Positions 1 through 13,400 of a DNA stretch of 64,000 nt are shown piece by piece; position 1 is the stretch's first letter; every line of letters begins with the position of its first letter. The stretch lies in the NCBI GenBank assembly GCA_002269645.1, contig NIVC01003838.1, positions 10,444-74,443 of the forward strand, in the 5' to 3' direction. The notes under the pieces were generated by a model that worked only from the letters and a program-made list of their open reading frames with translations, ran no database searches and was not told the DNA's origin. Both the position numbers and the translations under genes were made by a program. Source of the DNA: Macrostomum lignano. Its lineage: Eukaryota.

Positions 1-230
1 AACAGACACACAAACAACGCACCAGTTTTAGTATTAGGATAGAAGAGAGAGAGAGAGAGAGAGAAAGAGAGAAGAGAGAGAGAGATAAGAGGAGTTATCG
101 AACAGACACACAAACAACGCACCAGTTTTAGTATTAGGATAGAAGAGAGAGAGAGAGAGAGAGAAAGAGAGAAGAGAGAGAGAGATAAGAGGAGTTATCG
201 AACAGACACACAAACAACGCACCACTTTTA
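1..230. repeat. ~100-bp unit tandem repeat (2.3 copies) containing (GA)n
   Basis: 1-100 is nearly identical to 101-200, with a partial third copy. Confidence 0.9.
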
Positions 231-1063
231 ACACAGAAGACATAGAAGAGGGATGAAGAGGGACTCAGATAATGCCATAGACAATTAAAATTTGACCCAG
301 AAAACGAAGTGGGTAGTGTTAGACTAAAAATAAGTAGGATTCAGCAGAGAATTCGTTTTCATTTACCCAGTGATCGTTCGACTGCAATATCTAGATACTT
401 AAGCTATGTCTATTGCACACCTTATCAACTGGTCCCATCTGCCAGTGGATAGTCTCGACGGCGTTACATCTACCGAATATTCTTTCCTTGCGGAGCTGAG
501 CAGTGTTGATCACCGAGAAGATGCCCAACTGGAGGACTTTATCCATTTCATTACCTATCATTCACGCTCTGAAGATCAGCTGCTTGGTGTCGTTCTACCG
601 GACGTCGAAGAAGGAAAAGATTTAATTGCTACGGACAGCATGGATTGTCATTGCTTAACTTAAATTAAATTATTATAATTGGCTACTAGTATGCTTTATA
701 TACAATGCAATTAGATAGTATGTTACAGCGTTACTCGTAATGGCCATACTCGTGTTATGGCCATTATTTTACTCCGTAACATACAATATAATCTACCATT
801 GCTGATTTCAGCAATTGGCCATTTAGCGAGGGGGAGGCCGCTATCTCAATAAACGCTCAGACCAAGACCGTTCGCCTAATAAAGTTGAACCAACCATACT
901 ACAGACACTCTGCGTGGACAGTCAGAGGAATTGGACCATTTTCAAGAACAAACCATGCAGACATTTGCTTTGGACACTTGTACTCTAAACACTTGCCCCT
1001 GGATCGTGGACACTCAGCGCCGAGTCAATGCTCACCCTATGGACCCAACTCCGGCCTGTTAAA

Positions 1064-1430
1064 CCTCACCTCCAGCCTGCACCACCCCACTAGCCTGCAC
1101 CACCCCACCTCCAGCCTGCACCACCCCACCACCAGCCTGCACCACCCCACCTCCAGCCTGCACCACCCCACCTCCAGCCTGCACCACCCCACCTCCAGCC
1201 TGCACCACCCCACCACCAGCCTGCACCACCCCACCTCCAGCCTGCACCACCCCCACCTCCAGCCTGCACCACCCCACCTCCAGCCTGCACCACCCCCACC
1301 TCCAGCCTGCACCACCCCACCTCCAGCCTGCCCTACCCCACCTCCAGCCTGCACCACCCCACCTCCAGCCTGCACCACCCCACCAGCCTGCACCACCCCA
1401 CCTCCGGCCTGTCCCACCCCACCTCCCACC
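1064..1430. repeat. 21-bp minisatellite ctccagcctgcaccaccccac
   Basis: Direct inspection; generates ORFs 885-1490 and 1037-1471. Confidence 0.9.
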
Positions 1431-1713
1431 CTACCCCTGGCCTGCCACACCCCATCTCCAGTCTGCCCCACTTCAGCTCCACTGCTTTAAAACTCAAGTC
1501 TAAGTCCTCGTCGCTTAAAGTGGACCCTTTAATTCCTTTTACTCACACAGATTAGATAATTTCTGTACTGATAGTTTTAGCTATCTTACTGCTTTTTGAT
1601 CAACTGGTTACAATCAGTTCATACACTGTTCGGGACAGCTGCCCTATGCTACACAAATTAGTCAGTTAACTCTTCTAAAACTGCACGTTTTTCACCAACA
1701 ACTCACATTTCAG

Positions 1714-4446
1714 ATGCAGTCTCAGCGACTCAGAGCTGAGCGAGCAGCTGCACTCAGCACTGGAGCAGCCAGGCTTCACCGAATCCCGAGCCGCATTGCC
1801 GATGTCCTGCAGCAGATTCTGAGAAGTCGACTCAGATACGATGACTTTTTTATCGTCGGCAGCTACTCAGAAGGCTGGGGCAACAGCCTGACGACACTGG
1901 ACGGCAGAACTGACGCCAATTCCGACATTGATGTGATGATGTTGCTTCCCGGCCGAGAATACCACCAGAGAGGCCTGTGCGAGTGCGATGGAGCTCCGGA
2001 GCAGCACGAGTTTGTGAACGGGCACATTCAGTGCTCAGGATTCGGTGAGTTCTCTCTTGGGGGTGAAATGGTCTGTGAGTTCTGTTATTAGAATTATTCT
2101 GTTATTCCGCTAGAGATTCTGGCAGTGCAGACGTTTGCTTTTTGCGCGTAAGGCATTGGTGCAGAAAATATTCTGTACGCGATGGCTGAGCTCAGTAAGC
2201 AGATCTAAACAAGAGCCTGACTGTCCTGACAGTCTGGGTTGGCAAATTCCATTTATTATGCACAAGCTGTTGAAACCTGCGGATTTTTAACCCGCTGAAA
2301 TTCAATCTCCACTGGAGCCCAGAAACCAAATTTACTCAAAGCTCGTTTCACATCTATCCTAACTATTAACAAGTTTAGTTTGAGCTTGACTTCAGATTTC
2401 AGAAACTGTTTAAAGTGTTCACAGCAACTAAGCAGAGTAGGCATGCAAAACATCAGCAAAACCAATAAGCAACATATGTGAGGAGTGATAAAATATAATT
2501 TAGTATTGAAAGTGCAAATTGACAGTAGAAGTTCCTGTTTCAGAAGGTTCTCAACAAATGGTTCAACCATATCCTTGAGTTCCGTGTGCTGGGGTTGGTC
2601 TATTCTGGCAAGAATGTAAGAAAACTCGACAAGATTGTTGGTGTCAAATTTGAGTAGCATTGGTAAAAGTGGAGCAACGCTATGGAGGGTTAAGTGAAAT
2701 ATTACGCACTTTAGCAGTTTTTGCACTTTTAGGTAAGAGGACTCAAATTAAGGGAATTCTAAGGTAGTCTGAGACCTCCGCAGTGAGTTTAGGGTGCAAA
2801 ATATCGAGTCATTTGGTTGAGCGGTTTGCGTGTCCATAGCAAAGTTTCACAACAAATTTCACATACTCAGACAGACAGGGTTCTTTCCTAATTATTCCAA
2901 ACTAAAACTAATTATTCCACTGCACAGACTCAAAGCTGCATATTGCTCAATCGGGAACCAAATCGTTTTTACAGCCTCCAATCCTGCTCATGCGACACGC
3001 GGATGCACACTGAGGCCAGCGCTGGACGATGTCTCCGCATGCCGTCTCTGCCGCTACCCGCCCATCGCGCCGCTGCAGCCAAACCGCGTCTCCAACATCC
3101 CCCATCCGGTGCTGGAGGCCCTCCGCAAGGCTCTCACCTCCGCCTCATCGCCCTGCCACGTGGTGCACGCAGCCTCTCCTGACCGAGGCGGCGAAGAGCT
3201 CCGCGTGAGCACCAGCTTCCTGGAGAACCGGATGCTGCGAAGTCTCTCTACCCTGCAAGGTCAACTGTTTGTCACGCTGAAATACCTGGTCAAGAAGGTC
3301 ATCTGTCACAAGAATGGCTTCAATCAGCAAGGCTTGAAGTCCTACCACGTGAAGACCATCACCTTCCGAATGGTGGACGACACGCCGGTCGAGCAGTGGA
3401 AGAAGGAGAACCTCGTGAGTCTCACGAGACAGTCGCTGCAGATGCTGCTCGACTGTGTGGAGAAGAGCCGAGAGCAGGACAGACAAACACCTGACAAACC
3501 TGACCGATCTCGGGGTCGCATCATGAATCATTTCTTTCTCAGCGATGCGGCCATCTACCTCAAGGGTGCGGACAAGGAGAGAGTGGACCAGCATTTGGAC
3601 GGCATCATGAGCACACTGAGAACAGTAATCGATCGGCTGCCCCAACTGCTGCAGCAGTTCATCGGCAGTCTCAGACCTGTGAGCGACTCAGGCACATTCT
3701 ACTTCCACCCGTTCCAAATCCTGCCGGATCTGAGTCCGATGCCACTCACAGAGTCCAGTGCTCTCGAGTACTATCAGATCTACGACGTGGTGAGAGAGTG
3801 TCTGGTGCGTCTCTCTTGCAGTGACTGCAGCCCGCGATCTCAGGAGTCGCTCACAGAGCTGATTGCCAGACTGCCAGACTGCGCCCTCTCAGCACGGGAG
3901 GCTCTCAGAGCGCTGGCTTGCCTGAAGTTCGGCTACCGAGGAACTGCAGAGAGAGTCGTGAGCTCGTGCTCAGGTCACTCGGTTAGCAGAGGCATCGCTT
4001 GGTCTCGTGAGAAGTCGGCGACTGAAGCGACTGAGGAGTTCGTGATGCGGCATCTGAGGAGCCACGACACGGCATGGAAGTTCTGCTTCAAGTTCGACCA
4101 GCGACCGAAACTCGAATTCTTGCCAGGAGCTCTGAGGGAGTGCTTTCCCCTCCGGTTGTCGGGCAGTACTGACAATTTCTACATGAACTTCGACGCTCTG
4201 CTGTGGGCTCTGCGGCTCGAGCTGCGGACTGATGGAGAAGCGCGCGCTCAGGACTGGATCCGGGATGTGGCTGAGAGAGAGGACTCGGATGAGCAGGAGC
4301 TGCAGGTTGCCTCTTTTTATGCTTCGAATCGGGAGCAGCTTCAGGAAATATCAAAGAAGCTGAAGATGATGGAAGCAGTTCTTCCTGATGGGCTGAAGAA
4401 GAGACTGCTGGAAAAATGGCAGTTTTTAAGGGCTGTTTGGCAGTGA
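1714..4446 (+). CDS. cGAS-like receptor (cGLR) / Mab-21 nucleotidyltransferase, 600 aa; exons 1714-2044, 2975-4446
   Basis: GSYSEG...SDIDVM motif (G49-S50, D71, D73), third acidic residue in ALDDVS (D128/D129). Mab-21 helical motifs LRVSTSFLE, LKYLVKK, LKSYHVKTITF, W..ENL, MNHFF. Phase-1 GTGAGT donor at 2045 joins the TTTTACAG acceptor at 2974 in frame (1803 nt). Confidence 0.88.
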
Positions 4447-5575
4447 AAACTGTAGGAAGTTTTTTTAGTACATAAAAACTTTTTTGGCCCAGATGATGAG
4501 CTGGTAATTAATATATCTTATTTATGAACTCTTTTTCATCCTTAATAGCTTTAACTAAAACTGTTTTACTTGTGAGCTGGTGGTTAATTAGCTACGAGTA
4601 TCTAAAGAATTCTAAAGCATTCTACTACTGAAGCCACTGAAGCCAATTATGAAGCCACTGAAAAGTTTCACTAATGAACAATAATGGCAGTGCCATTGTC
4701 GTTGAATTCGTTGGAAATTCCGATGTTTATAACAAAGTTGTCAGTTCAACCTTATTTGAGCCAGAATATGTACATAAATTTTCTCATTAATAAATTTATC
4801 CAATTCCGCTTTCGTTTGCAGTTAACTGACGGCTTTGGCTACTCAATATTCACAGTTTCAAGTCTTTTAAATATTGTTCTGTGTTAGTTTAAATGCTTGG
4901 TAATCATATACAGAAGCTGGAGATGATGAGAGCCCATTAGAGACCTCCTGCTCATGCTCATTGTCTGCGGGACAAGTGCAAGTGAAAATGTGGCCCAGAT
5001 TAGCAAGTCTTTATTCTCTCAGTCCTTGGCTCGCTGTGTCAGAGGGCGTCATGCAGGCACAAAGGCCCAAAACAGATCAGAACAGAAGATCAAAGCAAAG
5101 TTGTGCGACCGAGGACCGGAAAGAGTTCGAAGTGCGGATTGTAAAGATGATCAACCTGATTAGAAAGTCTGGTGACATCCAGTTTAAACATATATCTGGT
5201 TTGCCCTGTCACTGGTGGCCTGGGCTGGCACGAGGTAAGTCGGTACAGATGGACCAGGGGTGCCACACTTGCTGATCAAAAAAATAAGATAGATGGGCCA
5301 CTTCACTAAATGCATTCTTACCAAGGACTGCTAAGCAAACAAACAATTTAAGTAATTTTAAGTAGTCCTTGCTCCTTACATAGTCTGTGTTTCTCCAGAG
5401 CTTCAACTGTTCAAAAACTGCAGTTAAACAAATATATTTTGTACGGCGGCTTTTGACGAACACACGAAGGGTTTGTAACGCAATTTAAATATAAACAGAA
5501 AAATTGCAAATTAAAACTGTTTTGCTGAAGCCGGCTATGGTGCAAGTGGGAGGGCGCCGGCGCTTAAGCGGCAGA

Positions 5576-7285
<1,710 letters not shown>

Positions 7286-7437
7286 GCATAACAGGGAGGT
7301 AAAATTGTGCAGATAAGGCTATAAAAGAAGATCCAAAATAAAGTTATTAATAATCGCTGTAAAAATCAAACGCAGCATTGTAGCAAAAGATTTCGTGAGA
7401 CAGAGCAGCTGTTTAGCGAGCCCGAAGTCAGCCAGCC

Positions 7438-10400
7438 TCACACAGCGGATAGATTCTGCAGCGATGTCGAGGACCTGCTCAGGGACAGTTCGACTTGCTT
7501 TTGCACTGCGGGCATAAAAATAGAAAATTCTTGTTTGATTCCGGATTTGCAACAGCTGTTGCAAGTTTGGTCTGGGGACAAATTAGACAATTTAATTGCA
7601 TCTTGTATTCGGCGCCACACCTGCGGTTCTGTTACCCCCCCCCCCCATGAGGTGGAAATTCAGGAAGCGTTCAGGAGGCTCCAGGAAGCATCAACTCGTC
7701 AGAGTTTTCGGGGCGTTGAGGAATTTTTGAAGAACGGAGTGATTTCCCCGGACACAGTTCTTCTCAAAACTTCACAGATGCTATGCCTCGTATACTCACC
7801 GGACACAATCCCCACCGGACAGCCCGCACTCACCGGACACAATCTCCGCCGGACAGCCCGCACTCACCGGACACAATCCCCGCCGGACAGCCCGCACTCA
7901 CCGGACACAATCCCCACCGGACAGCCCGCACTCACCGGACACAATCTCCGCCGGACAGCCCGCACTCACCGGACACAATCCCCACCGGACAGCCCGCACT
8001 CACCGGACACAATCCCCACCGGACAGCCCGCACTCACCGGACACAATCCCCACCGGACAGCCCGCACTCACCGGACACAATCCCCGCCGGACAGCCCGCA
8101 CTCACCGGACACAATCCCCACCGGACAGCCCGCACTCACCGGACACAATCCCCACCGGACAGCCCGCACTCACCGGACACAATCCCCGCCGGACAGCCCG
8201 CACTCACCGGACACAATCCCCGCCGGACAGCCCGCACTCACCGGACACTCGGACGCCGCGGCCAACCGTGTCAATCAGGGTGTAGCGGTCCAGATGCCGG
8301 CTAATGGAAATCCCAGACCGGTGGAATCCCCTCCTGGCCAGGCTGTCCATCCGGCAGTGCTCCGGCCAGGCCAGCCGGTGCTCTCCGGACAGGGCCGGCA
8401 GTCCGTCCTTGCCGCCACCGCCGCCGGCCGCCCCGGACAGTCGAGCCCAGTCGCGGCTGCCGATGTAGCTTGGCCGGCCGCCGGCCGAGGAGGCGGCGAG
8501 TTTCGGCTCGGTTCTCGACCGAGTCATGAAGCTGAACGGGGCGGGGTACCTCGACTGCTCGGCAGCTGGTTCGACGGCCAGGAGGTCGTCCGGCGCCGTG
8601 GGGGTCAGTATCGTCACCCGACGCTTTCCGGAGGCTTTCGCGGGCGCTGCTGCGTCGGCTCCGGCCGAGCCGTGTCGCTGGTCGATGGCCAGCAGCAGGG
8701 CGGGGCTGCGGCTGGAGCTGCCGCCGGGTGTGCAGATGACGTTGTCGCGTCCGGGCACGAACTCTCTGTGGGTTGGGGAGTTCGGCAGCTTGTTGCAGTG
8801 CTGGGATGTGGGGTGTGGGAGCTTTAGTTCGTCTGTTTGTTTTGTTGTGGTTGCTGCCCGGTTGACTATGAGAGAGCGGACGGGTATGTGAGGATAGGTA
8901 GATAGACAGGTAGATCGACAGGTAGATAGACAGGTAGACAGACAGGTAGATAGACAGGTAGAGAGACAGGTAGAGAGATAGGTAGACAGACAGGTAGATG
9001 TTTAAACGGGATATACAGATAGGTGAACGGACAAGTAGGTGGACAGGTAGGCACAGCAGGAGAGAACGGCGTAGTGAAAATGTTGATGGAGGTGAGGCAC
9101 CGGGATGCAGGCAAGATCGAAATCAGAAACAAAAATATAACACCAGATTCATCCTAATCTCAAAAAAGATTCTGCAACATCTGTTATCTAAGAAATCATC
9201 TTTGCCACACAGATAAACCGTTTACTCAACTGAGATATGAAGGGTAAATGGCAAGACCTATATTGTATTCATATCAGACAAAGCCCAGATGTTAATATTG
9301 TGAATCGATTTTTACACGTAACTCTGGCAATCGTTAAAGGTGTGGTACGTAAGGTACCAAATAACTTCTGTGTTAAGTGAATTTATGAGCTCAGCTCAAT
9401 ACAATTTGGTGACAAAAAACCGACTAGAATTTGTTAGAACATTAGCAACTCGATTATAAAAGTGCTTGATGTACTTTTCTCCTGTTTCAAGCCGATTCAG
9501 GCCATAGACTATCTGTCTAGCCCGCCTGTTAGCTGGCTCAGTATCAACTGGCTGAATTTTCGGCAGATTTAGCAGCATCTTTAGAATCCGATGATCGTCT
9601 AGGAGGCTGTGAAATTCGATTCCAGTTTCAGTTAAAAAATTGGACTCAAGACCCACCACCCCATTTTCTCCACTCCAGACCCACCACCAAATTTTCTCCA
9701 ACCCAGACCCACCACCCTATTTTCGTCACCCCAGACCCCACCATCCCATTTTCCACTCCAGACCCACCACCCTATTTTCTGCACCCACACCCAGCACCCC
9801 ATTTTCTGCACTCCAGACCCACCACCCCATTTTCTCCACTCCAGACCCACCACCCATTTTCTGCACTCCAGACCCACCACCCCATTTTCTCCAACCCAGA
9901 CCCACCACCCCATTTTCGTCATCCCAGACCCCACCATCCCATTTTCCACTCCAGACCCACCACCCCATTTTCTGCACTCCAGACCCACTACTTTGTCTTC
10001 ACCCTAGACCCACCAGCCCATTTTCTTCTCTCCAGACCGACCACCCCATTTTTCCGACAGCCACTGTTACTTACTCGTACAATCCAGTGTGCTGCGGCAG
10101 CAGCGGCTGTCGTCCACTCTGCTGACTCAACCGGCCTCCTTTGTCCAAGCGACTGTCAACTAAGAGCACATCGGGCAGCTGCTGCAGTGGAGACTTAAAT
10201 GTAAGAAAGGGAAGAAGTACTGCAAATTTTATCTTTTTTACTTCAAAATTCACACCTATCTACTATTAGTATTCTAGGTGATAAGAATTTACCAGACACT
10301 GGAAATTAAAACTCAAATTCACTCAGACTCATTCACAGACTGGTCACACCTTGATGCTCACCTGTCTCCAAGTGCCAGTGCTGCTACTTCTGCTATCAGT

Positions 10401-13400
10401 TCTGATGTCGCTCCGTCCACTGTGATTGGCTGATCGATTTTTCCTCACTGATGCCGTGCTTGGCCGGGCTCTGAGTTCCACGGTGACGCTGCCGCTGTCG
10501 GGCGCTCCTTCGGCGCCACGGCTGCCACCTGCGCTGCCACTGCCGCTGCCGCTGCCGCTGCTGCTGCCGCTGCTGTCGCTGCGCTGTTGCTGCTCTTCAC
10601 TGAGCACCGTCAGAGGCGGCTGATGCTGCTGAACGGGCGGCTGCTGCTGCAGCTGCTGTAGATTCTGCGATGAGGCTTCGAGACTGTCCGAAGTCAGCGT
10701 CGTCCGAGTGGCATCCCGGCCAGGTGCGTGATGGCGGTCTGGATGGGTAGGGACAGTGTCTATAGATCTAGTGTGTGATCTATAGATCTAGTGTGTGATC
10801 TATAGATCTAGTGTGTGATCTATAGAATCTAGTGTGTGATCTATAGAATCTAGTGTGTGATCTATAGAATCTAGTGTGTGATCTATAGAATCTAGTGTGT
10901 GATCTATAGATCTAGTGTGTGATCTATAGAATCTAGTGTGTGATCTATAGATCTAGTGTGTGATCTATAGATCTAGTGTGTGATCTATAGATCTAGTGTG
11001 TGATCTATAGATCTAGTGTGTGATCTATAGAATCTAGTGTGTGATCTATAGAATCTAGTGTGTGATCTATAGAATCTAGTGTGTGATCTATAGAATCTAG
11101 TGTGTGATCTATAGATCTAGTGTGTGATCTATAGAATCTAGTGTGTGATCTATAGAATCTAGTGTGTGATCTATAGAATCTAGTGTGTGATCTATAGATC
11201 TAGTGTGTGATCTATAGATCTAGTGTGTGATCTATAGATCTAGTGTGTGATCTATAGAATCTAGTGTGTGATCTATAGAATCTAGTGTGTGATCTATAGA
11301 ATCTAGTGTGTGATCTATAGATCTAGTGTGTGATCTATAGATCTAGTGTGTGATCTATAGAATCTAGTGTGTGATCTATAGATCTAGTGTGTGATCTATA
11401 GATCTAGTGTGTGATCTATAGATCTAGTGTGTGATCTATAGAATCTAGTGTGTGATCTATAGAATCTAGTGTGTGATCTATAGAATCTAGTGTGTGATCT
11501 ATAGATCTAGTGTGTGATCTATAGATCTAGTGTGTGATCTATAGATCTAGTGTGTGATCTATAGAATCTAGTGTGTGATCTATAGAATCTAGTGTGTGAT
11601 CTATAGAATCTAGTGTGTGATCTATAGATCTAGTGTGTGATCTATATAATCTAGTGTGTGATCTATAGATCTAGTGTGTGATCTATAGATCTAGTGTGTG
11701 ATCTATAGAATCTAGTGTGTGATCTATAGAATCTAGTGTGTGATCTATAGAATCTAGTGTGTGATCTATAGATCTAGTGTGTGATCTATAGATCTAGTGT
11801 GTGATCTATAGATCTAGTGTGTGATCTATAGATCTAGTGTGTGATCTATAGAATCTAGTGTGTGGTCTATAGAATCTAGTGTGTGATCTATAGAATCTAG
11901 TGTGTGGTCTATAGAATCTAGTGTGTGATATATAGAACCCAGTTTGTAATCCATAGAATCTAGTTTTGGATCTATAGAATCGATCGCTTTTAATCTGTAG
12001 AAACTGGGCTCTATCAAGGTTTTCTAATTTACAGTCAGTCTGCAGAATCTGTCACTCCAATCTACAGAGTCTGTCACCCCAATCTACAGAATCTGTCACC
12101 TCAATCTACAGAACCTGTCACCCTAATCTACAGAACCTGTCATCCCAATCTACAAAATCTGTCACCCTCAATCTACAGAATCTGTCACCCTAATCTACAG
12201 AACCTGTCACCCCAATCTACAGAACCTGTCACTCTAATCTACAGAACCTGTCACTCTAATCTACAGAACCTGTCACCCAAATCTACAGAATCTGTCACTC
12301 TAATTTACAGAACCTGTCACTCTAATCTACAGAATCTGTCACCCCAATCTACAGAATCTGTCACCCCAATCTACAGAACCTGTCACCCCAATCTACAGAA
12401 TCTGTCACCCTAATCTACAGAATCTGTCACCCTAATCTACAGAACCTGTCACCCAAATCTACAGAATCTGTCACTCTAATTTACAGAACCTGTCACTCTA
12501 ATCTACAGAACCTGTCACCCCAATCTACAGAACCTGTCACCCCAATCTACAGAATCTGTCACCCCAATCTACAGAATCTGTCACCCTAATCTACAGAATC
12601 TGTCACTCTAATCTACAGAACCTGTCACCCCAATCTACAGAATCTGTCACCCCAATCCACAGAACCTGCAGCTCAGTCTCACCCCAAGCGGTCAGGCTGG
12701 TGACCTCGCTGCTCCCCAGCCCCGAGTCCGCAAAACTGGCCGCTCTAGCGGGTCTCTTCGCTCGCGCAGCCTCCTTGACAGAAGATGCAGCTGATGAGGT
12801 CCTTTCCTGCTCCGTCTCAACTTTTTCCTCCGCAGCCTCCTTCTCAGCTTCATCCGGGTTTTGAGGCAGGTTTTTCAACCGAACCATCAGGTCGCTTTTG
12901 AACAGCTGCACCACCGGCTCGTCCCGTGCCAGCAGCGCCTCCTCATCCTGTCTGACCATCCCGGAAGATTCTCGAGAGGCCAAAGCCAGGGCGGAGTCGG
13001 CGGCGGCTGCAGAGGACTTCACAGCTTCAGCCTTCGCCGCTTCGGCAGCTGCGGCGGTGGCGGCAGCGGCAGCGGCGGCCGCGGCAGCCTCTTGAAGGCG
13101 GACATCGAGTTCTTGACGAACGGTGTTCCACCTCTGAAGTGGTGAAGGAGTGGGATTGGAATTGAATTAGCAATCCATCTGAGATAGATTAGCAATCCCA
13201 TGTGAGATAGATTAGCAATCCATCTGAGATAGATTAGCAATCCCATGTGAGATAGATTAGCAATCCCATGTGAGATAGATTAGCAATCCATCTGAGATAG
13301 ATTAGCAATCCCATCTGAGATAGATTAGCAATCCCATGTGAGATAGATTAGCAATCCATGTGAGATAGATTAGCAATCCATGTGAGATAGATTAGCAGTC

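Noticed and set aside
406-663. 85-aa ORF
   Set aside because: No recognisable motif or convincing splice context.
4954-5463. Short ORFs on both strands with faint transposase-like wording (KDYLKLLKL...LG)
   Set aside because: The similarity is too weak and interrupted by stops to support a call without a search.
7390-8300. Protein kinase ([11 protein letters not shown] plus [12 protein letters not shown])
   Set aside because: No VAIK, HRD or APE motifs. The DFG string is in a different frame from the default splice and lies mostly past the predicted stop; kept only as a possible alternative-frame tail.
7325-8827. Long + strand open frame overlapping the orphan gene's last exons
   Set aside because: Mostly 34-bp repeat and the antisense shadow of a GC-rich exon; no ATG context or motif. 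The unique 7325-7790 part deserves at most a BLAST.
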